A stretch of 64,000 bases of DNA from Octopus vulgaris (taxonomy: Eukaryota): positions 49,290,001 to 49,354,000 of the forward strand of contig OX597835.1 of the NCBI GenBank assembly GCA_951406725.2, given 5' to 3'. The notes beneath the pieces were generated by a model. It did not search any database and was not told the DNA's origin. It saw only the letters and a program-made list of their open reading frames with translations. Each line of letters begins with the position of its first letter. Within the stretch, counting starts at the first letter, position 1. Positions 27,065 to 43,268 of this stretch are shown here, piece by piece. The position numbers and the translations under genes were made by a program.

Positions 27065-27145
27065 GGTTCTGACGAAGCTATAAGGTGTTACTCAGGCACT
27101 CAACTATGAGTCCCATGCATCTTATTGCAGAAACAACTGTAAGCC
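27065..27145 (+). ncRNA. Type I hammerhead motif with long stem II
   Basis: GGUU-CUGACGA-A-GCUAUAAGGUG..CAUCUUAUUGC-A-GAAAC-AACU-GUA-AGCC: stem I GGUU/AGCC, 11-bp stem II with one U.U, GUA triplet. Confidence 0.6.
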
Positions 27146-27756
27146 AATGCATTTCATAAGATAATCGTTTATTCGTTCATTCTGTCGTCATCGCATTTTT
27201 CTCGTCTATAAAATGGTCGTGTAACGAAGTAACTGGCAGCAAAGACGCAGATATCTTCCACAGATATTGCCATAAAACTACGACGAGGATCTCCCGGCGG
27301 AATCACGTCACAACAGAAGAAGACATGGAAAGGGTCAAGGTGAGGACCCAGTAAGGGATCGTGGCTGCGCGGCGGCAAAAAATGATACTCGAGCATGCAC
27401 ATGGCTATGAAGTGACCTTGAGTGGAGGGCAGGGGCGTAGGAAACGAGACAGATCTGTCAAGACCTGATTGAGGACTGCGTAGAAAGATATGGTCCTAGC
27501 CTTGGAGAAGGTTCATAGCTGAACCGACAACCGGGCTGGATGGAGATCTCTTCTTGTCCGATGCATTTTTTTTTTCACTTCAAATCCTGGCTGGCTTAAT
27601 TTTACCTTTCATCGTACAAGTTTTGATAATATAAAGAACTGATCAGTCAAATTTTCCTTCAAATTCCATCGTCTAAAGACAAGCTGAAATGCTGGCCAGC
27701 TTCATTGAAGTTGATGTAGCGCCAACAATGAGAACCGCCACCGACACAAAATCAGA

Positions 27757-27809
<53 letters not shown>

Positions 27810-27817
27810 AACAGTAT

Positions 27818-28230
27818 TAGGAACAGGAGTGGCTGTGGGGTAAGAAGCTTGCTTTCCAAACACATGGTTCTGGGTTCAATCCCACTGCTTGACTCCTTGG
27901 GCTAGTGTCTTCTACTATAACCTCAGGCCGAACAAACCTTTGTGAGGGGATTTGGTGAACGGAAACTGAAAGAAGCCCGTTGTATATGTTATGTGTGTGT
28001 GCGTGCGTGTGTGTCTTTGTATCTGTTTGTCCTCACCACCGTCTGACAACTAGTGTTGGTGTGTTTCCGTCGCCGTAACTTAGCGGTTCAGCAAACCGTC
28101 TGATAGGATAAGTAAAAGGCTTAAAAGAAAAGAAAAATAGTGGAGTTGCTTAATTCGACTAAAAATTCTTGAAGGCGGTGCCCCAGCATGGCCGCAGCCA
28201 AATGACAGAAACAAGTACAAGATAAAAGAT
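27818..28230 (+). mobile_element. SINE family A
   Basis: Collinear with other copies. Confidence 0.78.
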
Positions 28231-28671
28231 GGTGACAAATTATTTCTGTTTTCTAATTTCCAGATGATAGGGCGGCGGTGAGCTGGCCGAGCAAAACGCT
28301 AAGTGGCATATCATCCGGCTCCACCAGGGTCGATCTAATTGACTAACCCGCTTCCTTCGAGCCTTACATTAGAAAGTATAATTTCAGAGTCGAAAGCTTA
28401 AAGAAAGAGGAAGCTATCGGTTAATATTATCACCGCCCTCCTGTACTTGACTGTTACTGTTTTAACAACCTCGCGAGTCGAATTTGAACCTGGAACCTCA
28501 AAGGAGACAGTCATCCAACGAGGAATCCTCGTTTCCAATAAAGATCTCGGGGTCGGGAATTTGACGCAATGAAGGGGATCAGTAGCTTTTATCGATTCTT
28601 TGTAAATTACTAGTTCTTCGTTATTTTATCGATCACAGGAGAATGAAATGCAAAGTTAACCCAGTCACACA

Positions 28672-28814
28672 AGGCTGTGTGGTAAGAAACTTGCTTCCCA
28701 ACCACATGGCTCCAGGTTCAGTCCCACTGCGGGGCAAATGTCTTCTGCTATAGCCTTGGGCCGACCAAAGCCTTGTGAGTGGATTTAGTAGACGGAAACT
28801 GAAAGAAGCTCGTC

Positions 28815-28879
<65 letters not shown>

Positions 28880-29092
28880 GTCCCCCACCACCACAGCGTG
28901 GGTGTGTTTGTGTGTTTACCTCCTCGTGACTTAGCGGTTTCGGCAAAGATACCGATAGAATAAGTATCAGATCTAAAAAGTAAAAGAAAAAAGATACATA
29001 AGTAAGTGCTGGAATTGATTCATTCGACTAAAATCTCTCTCTAAGGCAGTGCCCCAGCATGGCCGCAGATTGGAACACACGAAAGATAAAAA
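28672..29092 (+). mobile_element. SINE family A
   Basis: Collinear with other copies; internal (GT)n. Confidence 0.78.
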
Positions 29093-29111
29093 GGGCCTTA
29101 ATACCATAGTA

Positions 29112-29500
29112 AATAATCCTTTCTACTTTAGGCACAAGAAATTTGGGGGAGGGGAATAATTGATTACATCAACCCCAGTGCGTAACTGGTACTTAATTTA
29201 TCGACCCCGAAAGGCAAAGCCGACCTTGGCGGAATTTGAACTCAGAACTTAGCGACGGACGAAATATCTATTTCTTTACTACCCACAAGGGGCTAAACAC
29301 AGAGAGGACAAACAAGGACAGACAAAGGGATTAAGTCGATTACATCGACCCCAGTGCGTAACTGGTACTTAATTTATCGACCCCGAAAGGATGAAAGGCA
29401 AAGTCGACCTCGGCGGAATTTGAATTCAGAACGTAAAGACAGACGAAATGCCGCTGAGCATTTCGCCCGGCGCGCTAACGATTCTGCCAACTCGACGCCC
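29112..29500 (-). mobile_element. SINE family C composite (units 29269-29500 and 29112-29268)
   Basis: Same two-unit layout and same junction as 8300-8665. Confidence 0.82.
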
Positions 29501-30690
29501 CTTGTGGTAGTAAATAAGAACAAAGACATTAACATCAACACTAATGGAGCCTTTGCACAGACACCTGATCTGCAGACAGGGTCCTATGAAGGTTCCACAG
29601 CCACGAGAGCCAAAATGGGTCCCCGTGATTATTTTCTAGGTTAACTCCCCAAAATAAAAGGGTATTGCTAAGCGTCCTTAATTTTGAGAGAGTAGTTTTG
29701 AGTTTTGTTACACTTTGTCAAATTTCTCTCGGGCGCCCTACCTGTAGAAATAGCAGCCAAATCTACCTCAAATCACAGAGTATCGCCTTTGAAAGAAAGG
29801 ACATTGAACAGTTCATGCTTGAAAGACGGATAAAATGAAATATCTCTATTTGATGCTAGATCTGTTGATTCATGGGTTAAGGAACAGCAGCATCATCACC
29901 AACAACAACAACATGAGTGCTACTAAACTTTGCTACTAATACAATCACATGAAGGAGCCTCTACGCAAGCAGTTTCCTATCTTCGATCCGCGGACATCTT
30001 GAGGGTCTGAGAGCTTGTTACAAGTTTATTTGAAAAGCCTAAGAAAAATGGGAAATTTGATGTAAACGAAAGGTGGCTGCTGGTTGTAAAAACGGTTGGC
30101 AGCTTTCCATGTACACGGTCGAATGGATTTGCTGGAAGTAACAGCTAAATCTCCCTCATATCCCACTCTAACGCCTTTCAAAAACGGAAAGGATGCATTT
30201 AGATATTTTAGGCATAGGTATCTATCAAAATGGGATGGACATGTCGGGAACGCTTTTGATGGTGTCCGCTCAGTAAACAACATCAGTTACAATACTACAA
30301 CACAGCCACTCTACCACAGAGCAACTACAACACAAACAACACGCTACACAACCACTGTAACACAAACATACACAACGCTGCTCAACTACTACAAAAAGGA
30401 CCCTACTCCACACAGCTACTACCACACATACCCTACACTACACCGTCACTACAACATAACCATTTCACCACATTTGTACAACACCACAAACACTAGGACA
30501 CTCAGCTACAACGCATACACCATACCCCCCCCCCCAAAAAAAATGCATCAAAGAAGCCTTTATGTAGTCACTAACTCTTCTAGAAACAGCAGCCGAACAT
30601 TCTTCAAAGTCCACCCAACAGTCTGCATAAAAAGGAATGATACATTGTATAGTGTAGCCAAAAACAGACAAGAGGGTATGAAATGTCTAC

Positions 30691-30836
30691 TTATTTCTTT
30701 CACAAGGGGCTAAGCATAGAGGGGACAAACAAGGACAGACAAAGGGATTAAGTCGATTACATCGATCCCAGTGCGTAACTTGTACTTAATTTATCGACCC
30801 CGAAAGGATGAAAGGCAAAGTCGACCTCGGCGTTAG
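30691..30836 (-). mobile_element. 5'-truncated family C SINE with 17-bp TSD
   Basis: TSD gggtatgaaatgtctac at 30674-30690 and 30837-30853. Confidence 0.9.
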
Positions 30837-31109
30837 GGGTATGAAATGTCTACGTGACTCAGCAATGACCGGGGGCTAAAAACAACCCCACGATCCAAGT
30901 ACCACAACAGCAACACAGCAACAACACTAGAACACGCTATTGTAGTCGGAGCCAGGATTTATGCAAGGACCTTAATCCAGGGAACCCCCAGTCTAGCACG
31001 GAGGAGGTTTAACTCAAAGCAGCCTAAACCTTGAAGGTAAAACTTGAAAAAGTATATTTACAACAATCAAATAAATGATTTTTAATTTCTTTTTAATTTT
31101 ATCGATTTT

Positions 31110-31497
31110 TTTGTACTTGTTTTAGTCATTAGACCGTGGCCATGCTGGAGCACGGTCTTGAAGAATTTTTAGTCGAAAGAATCGACGCAAAATAATTATT
31201 ATTCCCCCTACCTTTTCTTTTTTTTAGCCTGGTACTTATTCTATCGGTCTCTTTCGCCGAACTGCTATATTACGGGGACGTAAGCACAACAACACAGGTT
31301 GTCAAGCTGTGGTGCGAGACACACACGCACACACACACACACATATATATACATACATAATAGGCTTATTTCAGTTTCCGTCAACGAAATCCACTCACAA
31401 AGCTTTGGTCGGCCCAAGTCAACAATAGAAGACACTTGCCCAAGGTACCACGCAGTGGGACTGAACCCGGAACCTTGTCGTTGGGAAGCAAACTTTT
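31110..31497 (-). mobile_element. SINE family A
   Basis: Reverse-complement copy. Confidence 0.75.
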
Positions 31498-32117
31498 GAA
31501 TCCTCTTTTAGATTTGGGCCCTTATAGGTTTTAAAAGGCCAACATATGTGAATCCCTTTGAATTCACCGAAGCATTTAATTTTGATGCCTTTTCAAACTG
31601 GAACCCCTAGATCTAAAGAGGCACACATTATCATCTTATTACGTTTGCAGTTAACAAAATCGTTGGGGGTCCTCAAAAGCTGTTTGCCTAGGGGTCTAAA
31701 TTAGGTCTAAATCGGGTCCGGGTTGCAGTATGATACATCAACAACACTATAACACCACAGCCACACATCATCAACAGCACAACAATGCAAGAGCGGGACA
31801 ACGACGCCAAAAATGTGAAGCATAACTTCACATCATCACAGCAACGTAACAACTACGAGAAAAGCATCACAACAATACAGCAACGTCACAGTGCAGCAGC
31901 AGCAGCAGCAACAACAACAACAACAACAACAACATACCTACTAAACTAGTCCCGACTCACAACAGATTTAGTCCGAAGTTGTGTTATTCACGTTAATACA
32001 TACTTCTGTAATTAGTTGCTAAGTTAATTGTGTGTGTGTGTATTTGTATATATTACGGGTGGTGATGGTGGGGGTAGTAGTTGAAGTGTTTGTGGTATTG
32101 GTGGTGGTATTAGTGGT

Positions 32118-32507
32118 GTGGAGGCGCAATGGCCCAGTGGTTAAGGCAGCGGACTCGCGGTCATAGGATCGCGGTTTCGATTCCCAGACCGGGCGTTGTG
32201 AGTGTTTATTGAGCGAAAACACCTAAAAAAAAGCTCCACGAGGCTCCGGCAGGGGATGGTGGTGATCCCTGCTGTACTCTTTCACCACAACTTTCTCTCA
32301 CTCTTACTTCCTGTTTCTGTTGTACCTGTATTTCAAGGGGCCGGCCTTGTCACTTTCTGTGTCACGCTGAATATCCCCGAGAACTACGTTAAGGGTACAC
32401 GTGTCTGTGGAGTGCTCAGCCACTTACACGTTAATTTCACGAGCAGGCTGTTCCGTTGATTCGGATCAACCGGAACCCTCATCGTCGTAACCGACGGAGT
32501 GCTTCCA
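32118..32507 (+). mobile_element. SINE family B, young copy 2 with 12-bp TSD
   Basis: TSD ggtattagtggt at 32106-32117 and 32508-32519; near-identical to copy 1. Confidence 0.9.
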
Positions 32508-32872
32508 GGTATTAGTGGTAGGTAACCGTAGTATGTGTTTGTTATGGAGGGGTGGAGCACAGATTACCACTTGTGGGGTTGGTTACAATGTATAGTATGT
32601 GTGTGTGTGTGGGGGGATTATTGCTTGATCGTGGTGGTAGTTGTGTGTGACTGTGTGTGCGTAAGTTAGGTAATGGTGGTGGTAGTGGTTTTGATGGTTG
32701 ATGGGTGTGATTGTGGCCAGTGGTGGTGGTGGTGGTAGCGGTGGTAGTAGTTGTGGTGGATTGTGCAATAGAGTGGGGGGCGGGCGGGATTTAGGGCTAG
32801 TGGTAGCGGTGGTGGTGGTTAGTATGATCGTCGGAGAGTTTGTAGTTATTGTTGGTTAAATGTTCACTGCAG

Positions 32873-32927
<55 letters not shown>

Positions 32928-32949
32928 CAGTAGTAGCAGCAGCAGCAAC

Positions 32950-32986
<37 letters not shown>

Positions 32987-33477
32987 ATGGTGGTTGTGGC
33001 TGTGATGGTGATAGTTGTGGTGGGGTTTTTTAGGGTGAAGTGGATGCTATAGTGCGCAGACGGTGAGGAATGTGTAGTTGGAGAGGTAGGTGGCGTTTCA
33101 TTTTTCTCTTCTCGGTATTATGGGCTTCCTCTTCACCCCTCCTCACTGTATATGCCCCCGTTTTCCATCACTATCAGCGCCACTATCATCATCTTCTTGG
33201 TTTCGACGAAAATATAGTACTAGTCAAGTACTAGGGCCGATAGTTTGACGACACTGATAGCAGAGTCGTTAGAACGTCGGAAAATGTCATAGTGCATTGG
33301 CTCAGGCACTTTTGCGTTCAGAGTTCAAATTCCGCCGAGATCATCTTTACATTTCATCCCAGCGAGGGTTGATAAAATAAAGTAGCAGCCAAGTCTATGT
33401 AATCAATTTGCCCTCAAATTACTAGCCTTGAGCCAAAACCTGAACCAACTATCATCATTATTATTATTATTATTATT

Positions 33478-33589
33478 GAGTTAGAGAGCAGTGCATGCCA
33501 TCAAAGTGACACTGGGATAAAATATACGAAGCCCAATATACCCATCATGACTACCCGTCTGATAAGGGTACACCAGGCACATGCATCAC

Positions 33590-33590
<1 letters not shown>
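33478..33590 (-). mobile_element. 113-bp unique insert inside an (ATT)n tract; possible 3' end of a TAA-targeting non-LTR element
   Basis: Non-repetitive segment flanked on both sides by (ATT)n. Confidence 0.5.
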
Positions 33591-34103
<513 letters not shown>

Positions 34104-34334
34104 AAGGCCACGCACTGGAGAACTCATTAACGCATCGAACAAAATGCATAGCAGCATTTATTCCGGTTCTTCACGTTCAAAGTTCAAATTCCGTCGAGGT
34201 CAACTTTGCCTTTCACCATTTCGGGGTCGATAAATAAAGTACCAGTTGAATGCTGGGGTTGAAGTAATTGACTTACCCCTCCCCCGATATTTTTGGCCTC
34301 ATGCCAACATTTTAAACCATTATTTATTTTTTTT

Positions 34335-34483
34335 CTTTTACTTGTGTGTCATTTGACTGCGGCCATGCTGGAGAACCATCTTTAGTCGAACAAAGCGACC
34401 CCCAGGACTTATTCTTTGTAAGCCCAGTACTTATTCTATCGGTCTCTTTTGTCGAACCGTTAGTTTACTGTGACGTAAACACA

Positions 34484-34528
<45 letters not shown>

Positions 34529-34683
34529 CAACGGGCTTCTTTCAGTTTCCGTCTACTAATCCACTCACAAGGTCGGCCTGAGGCTATAGTAGAAGAGACT
34601 TGCCCAAGGTGCCACGCAGTGGGACTGAACCCGGAACCATGTGGTTGGGAAGCAAGCTTCTTACCACATAGCTACGCCTGCGC
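34335..34683 (-). mobile_element. SINE family A
   Basis: Reverse-complement copy, followed by (ATT)n. Confidence 0.8.
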
Positions 34684-34741
<58 letters not shown>

Positions 34742-34745
<4 letters not shown>

Positions 34746-34816
34746 TAGTATATTTTTTATATCGTGCTTTCACTTCACTACCGAGCGCAGCTCTGTGTAT
34801 GTGCTTGGGTATGTGC

Positions 34817-34819
<3 letters not shown>
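34742..34819 (-). mobile_element. ~78-bp unique insert inside an (ATT)n tract; second possible TAA-targeting element
   Basis: Flanked on both sides by (ATT)n; unrelated in sequence to 33478-33590. Confidence 0.42.
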
Positions 34820-34911
<92 letters not shown>

Positions 34912-35008
34912 ATGTTATTATTGACACACTTTTGTCCAGATAATATTTTTAGTAAATAATACTACTAACATATTCACATCAGTAACATTAACTACTACAA
35001 CAACAACA

Positions 35009-35070
<62 letters not shown>

Positions 35071-35623
35071 AATTCCACTGCTATGTGTATCTAAGACAAC
35101 ATAATTCCAGTGTGCTCTTGGTTATCTGTTTAGTTTTATTTTCTTTTGAACACGAAAGAGTCTGATTCGAGAGGAAGATTCAGTTGCTATTTCTAGCCGA
35201 TCCTGTGACCACGTAGAAACTCCCCGCTGCTGCTGCTGCTGCTGCTGTTCTTAACGCCATTGATTTTCCTATCAGCTGTTTTATTTACAAGTCTTGGTAT
35301 TTTATTAGAATTTCGTTCCAAAACAAAACATTTCGTACAAGCGACATCTTGCGGGAGGAGTTTAATACCGGATAATACAAAACTTGATGCATTCAGAGAC
35401 GCATCCACGCGCGCGCACCTGTATGTATACATACATACACAAACACACATATATGTATGTATGTATGTATGGAACAGTTAGACATAAATGGATATATATA
35501 TATATGAGACAAATACGTGTGTGTGTGTGTGCTTATAATAGATAGATTCAGTTTATATATATATATATATATTTCTAAGGCAGTACCCCAGCATGGCCAA
35601 AGTCCAATTACTAAACTAAGCAG

Positions 35624-35729
<106 letters not shown>

Positions 35730-35749
35730 GCACACACGTATGCATGTAT

Positions 35750-36530
35750 GCGTAGGTGTAGGTGTGTGGTAAAAAGGTAGCTTCTAAACCACATGGTTTC
35801 GTGTTCAGTCCCACTGCGTGGCACCTCGGCCAAGCGTCTTTTGCTATAGCCTCAGGTCGACCTCGGCCTTTTGAGTAGATTTGGTAAACGGAAACTGAAA
35901 GAAGCCCGTCATATATATATATACACATGTGTGTGTGTTTGTGTGGGTCTTTGTCATCCACTACCGGTGTTGATATATTTACGTTCACCTAAGTAAGCGG
36001 TTCGACAAAAGAGATGGTACAATAAGTATCAGGCTTAAAAAAATTCATTCGACTAAAAATTCTTCAACGAAGTGCCCCAACATGGCCGCAGTCTAACGAG
36101 TGAAACAAAAGAATATATATGTATTCTTTTACTTTTATTTGTTTCGGTCATTGGACTGCGGCCATACTGGAGCACCGCTTTTAGTCGAGCAAATCGACCC
36201 CAGGATTTATTCTTTGAAAGCCTAGTATTTATTCTATCAGTCTCTTTTGCTAAACCGCTAGGTTACGGGGGCGTAAATACACCAACATCGGTTGTCAAGG
36301 GATGTTGGGGGGGGGGGGGGGTACAAACACAGACACACAAATATACACACATATATATATATATATACATATATACGACAGGCTTCTTTCAGTTTCCGTC
36401 TACCAAATCCACTCACAAGGCGTTGGTCGGCCCGAAACTATAGTAGATACTTGCCCAAGGTATCACGTAGTAGGAGTGAACCCGGAACCATGTGGTTGGT
36501 ATGCAAGCTACTTACCACACAGCCACTCCT
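35750..36530. mobile_element. Tail-to-tail pair of family A SINEs (35750-36110 +, 36125-36530 -)
   Basis: Two near-full copies in opposite orientation about 15 bp apart. Confidence 0.78.
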
Positions 36531-36650
36531 GCTGCTATGTATACATACATGAATTGACTGATACACACCCTGTATACACACATATACATTCATTTCATAC
36601 ACACATGTACATATACATATACACACATATGTGCGTGTACATATAAATAT

Positions 36651-36795
<145 letters not shown>

Positions 36796-36980
36796 TATAT
36801 ATCATCTAACGTCCAATTTGCATGCTGACATGGCTTCGACGCGTGGACTGAAACTGGTGTACATGTGTGTATGTGTGCATGTATGTATATAATATGCATA
36901 TATACATACATATGTGAAGCATCAGTAATAATGTTGGTATAAAACACCCGACTATTAACCATTATTAACCAGCAACAACA

Positions 36981-37018
<38 letters not shown>

Positions 37019-37083
37019 GATGACGATGACGAAGATGAAGATGAGGATGAGGATGATGGTAATAATTTGTTTAAAGATATAAA

Positions 37084-37116
<33 letters not shown>

Positions 37117-37577
37117 GGCAACAACAACTGGAAGAACAACATACTGAGATCCTCGAGCGGTAGGTCCTCCACTTCCGTCAAGCATCATCACCACTACGGC
37201 GACTACGACGGCCATCGAAGCCGGCACCACCACCACCACCACCGCCGCCGCCACCCAACCCCCCGCCGACACACTCACCAACACCACCTACAGCAGCAGC
37301 AGCAGCAGCGACAACAACAACAACAACAACGTAATCAACACCATCGCCACCAACTCCGAGAACCACTCCCGCTGCCGCCGCCGCCGCCGCCTCTGTCTTT
37401 TATTAGCAAATAAAATAAAATGAACCAGTTTTGAATATTAGTAACCACAGTAACAACAACAACAACAACAACAACTACAGCAACATCAGAACCGGATAAG
37501 AGTTCAGATGATTTACATCCCCACCCACTGATTGCATCAAACGTGTGTGTATGTGTGTGTGTGTGTGTATATATATA

Positions 37578-37795
37578 TACTCTCTTTTACTCTTTTACTC
37601 TTTTACTTGTTTCAGTCATTTGACTGTGGCCATGCTGGAGCACCGCCTTTAGTCGAACAACTCGATCCCAGGACTTATTTTTTGTAAGCCTTGTTCTTAT
37701 TCTATTGGTCTCTTTTGCCGAACCGCTAAGTTACGGGGACGTAAACACACCAGCATCGGTTGTCAAGTGATGTTGGACAAACACACACACACAAA

Positions 37796-37863
<68 letters not shown>

Positions 37864-38025
37864 CGGCTTCGTATATATATATGACGGGCTTCTTTCAGTT
37901 TCCGTCTACCAAATCCACTGACAAGGCTCTGGTTGGTCGGAGGCTATGGTACCACTTGCCAGTGGTACTGATCCCGGAACTAATCGGTTGAAAAGCAAGT
38001 TTCTTACCACACTGCCACTCCTAGG
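37578..38025 (-). mobile_element. SINE family A
   Basis: Reverse-complement copy with tandem tail; rearranged head. Confidence 0.75.
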
Positions 38026-38093
38026 TACATGTATATATACACATACACACAATACATATGTGTATATGTATATTGTGTCTATGTGTGTGCATG

Positions 38094-38167
<74 letters not shown>

Positions 38168-38284
38168 GTGTGTGTGTCTGTGTGAAAGTTTGTGTTTGTG
38201 TGCACACATACAAACGTATGTGTGTATACGCACAGAAGCCTTAACCCCAAAGAGATTCCGGCTGGCGGACGGGTACATACGACG

Positions 38285-40520
<2,236 letters not shown>

Positions 40521-40793
40521 TTAAATTGTATAAATAATGTCATATTATACGTGTTTGTATGTATATATCTATATCTATATGTGTGTGTATATATATATAT
40601 GCATGTATACATATATATATACACACATACATATATGCATATGAGAACATGTACATATATAGATGTATATATATGTATATATATGTATATATATGTATAT
40701 AGATATATGTATATCTGTAAATGTATATATGTACCTATACAAATGTGTGTATTGTATATATATATATATATATAATATGTATATATATATATT

Positions 40794-40828
<35 letters not shown>

Positions 40829-40919
40829 ATATAAACACACATTACATAAACACACACACACACACACACGCATACATATGCATGTTCTTAGACCGACGCT
40901 GGTCATAGGTTCCTAACAA

Positions 40920-41379
40920 ACCCCTCCTTCCTCTCTCTCTCTCTCTCTCCCTTTCTGTCTTTCTCTCCCTCTCTCATTCACTCTCCCTCTCTCTCTCTTC
41001 CTCCGCCTCTGTTCTGCTGCTGCTGCAGCTTCCTACTACTACCCCTTCTCTTTCACTCACCCTCTTCGTCCCCTCCTTTTAGTACTTCACTTCCTCCTCC
41101 TCCTCCTCCTCCTTCTCCCCCTTTACCACCATCACCACGAACAAGTCGCTAGCAGCCTCACACACACGCACACACAAGCCATCTCTCTCTCTCTCTCTCC
41201 TTCTCTCTCTCCCTCTCTCACTCTCATTCCTGCCCTGCCTTGCCTCCCCCTTTCATTGCCAGTCATACTCTTTCAATAAATATACTCACACACACACACA
41301 CATATAGTTACCCTTCCTTCACATCCCAGCTCTTCCACCACCATCACCACCACCACCACTACTCAGCCCTTATGTGCTT

Positions 41380-41413
<34 letters not shown>

Positions 41414-42213
41414 CAACCTTAATCCCTTCCTCTCGACCTCTCTCTCTCCGTCGGTTTTTCCCCCTCCCGCTTTCCCTCACTCTTTCTCTATAATTCTCTC
41501 TCTCTCTCTATCAGCCTCCCCTGCTTTCTCCTCCCACTGCCATAAACACCAGCCAGCCATCAGCCATCAGGCCTTCATCATAATAGTCCTCCTCCTCCTC
41601 TCCCCCGTCCCCCTCCGTCTTCGTCGTTGCTCGCTTCCTCATACCGCCACCACAGGCCTCTGCTACCACACCTCCTCTACTTTCAGAATAACTTAACAAG
41701 ATAGCAAGGCTCGTCGGTTCACACACACATTCAAACACACACCGACCTTCTTATACCGCTGAGGCTGGCTGGAGCAGACGCAATGTCATCGGAACTCGGT
41801 TCGCTTCTCAAGCAATCCACTACACACACTTGAGAAGAAAAAAACAACAGAAAAAGAAACAAAAAGAAACAAAAGAAACAAAAACAAATACAGCCCACCT
41901 CACCCGGTCCGACCACACACCACACACACACACCTCTCACACTTAGCAATCACTCATTATTTTTCTTCCCTCATCCCATCACTCATTCCATCACCATCAT
42001 CGTCGTCATCTATCAGTGTCATCATCATTAGCCTTATCGTTAGTCATTAGCAGCAGCAACATCAACATCAACATCATCGATTCATTTTAAACTCGAAAAC
42101 AAGGCACGAACAAGCGCACACATACACACACATATACACACACATATATACACACTGAGGCGTGCGCGTACATAAACATCCACCCTTCATATCTACGGCA
42201 CTACACCATATAT

Positions 42214-42254
<41 letters not shown>

Positions 42255-42707
42255 CAATTTATGTAGTTCTATCATTCTTGGATGCACGTAAACACACACA
42301 TATCCATGTGTGTGTCTATATATATATAGATGTATATACACATATATGTTTGTGCATATACATTCATATCCATATCAACACTGCTTCCATCATTATCATC
42401 ATCATCATCATCAGCATCATTGTCACTTCCATCTTTGTCATTATCGCTATCATCTTCATCACCATCATCATCATCATCGTCACCATCAGTTGTACCCCGA
42501 TTTCAAACCCCGCGCACCAGCCACGCAACACACCCAGCTTTAGTACTCCCAGGCTAACGACACACTCTCCCACCCTAACCCACACCCTGATTCTCGCTTA
42601 ATCTATCTATCTATCTATCTGTCCCCTAAAGTGCCCACTCCTATTTATTTTAGGGATCAGACACGAAATACACACGCATACATACAGACATATATATACA
42701 AACAAGT

Positions 42708-42751
<44 letters not shown>

Positions 42752-43236
42752 GTATATATATACGTATATATACACACATCCACACAATATATAGCAGTGT
42801 GAAAATTAATTGTACTAACCTGGAAATTTAAACAACAACAACAGCAACAACAACTACAGGAAGAACAACAACGGCAACAGCAGCAGGAACAGCCAACAAC
42901 TATAACTACAACAACAACAACAATAATAATAATACCAGCAGCAGCAGCAGCAGCAGCGGTAGCAGCAGCAGCAGCAGCAGCGGTAGCAGCAGTAGCAGCA
43001 GCAGCAGCGGCGTCGGCGGCGGCGGCGGCTCATAAAGAAACCGAAATAACAGAAGCAAAACTCCTAAATACAAGAACTACAAGAACAAAAACAGCAAAAA
43101 TAAAAGAAAAAAAAGCAGCAAAGAATAACAAGAGAAACGACAACACGAAGACAGCTTGGTGACTTGGTTCTACCATTTCGTTTGGTTCCATTGGAATATC
43201 TCGTGGAATATATACGAAATACACATATGTAATATA

Positions 43237-43268
<32 letters not shown>

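Noticed and set aside
30096-30713. 205-aa Thr/Tyr-rich ORF
   Set aside because: TTG start; it spans a family E repeat, ACA-rich low complexity and a SINE end, with no recognisable domain.
36955-37480. GC-rich triplet mosaic (CAA, GAT, CCG, CAG) as a coding exon
   Set aside because: Low complexity, with no convincing start, splice sites or homology. It may be regulatory, but I cannot support that.
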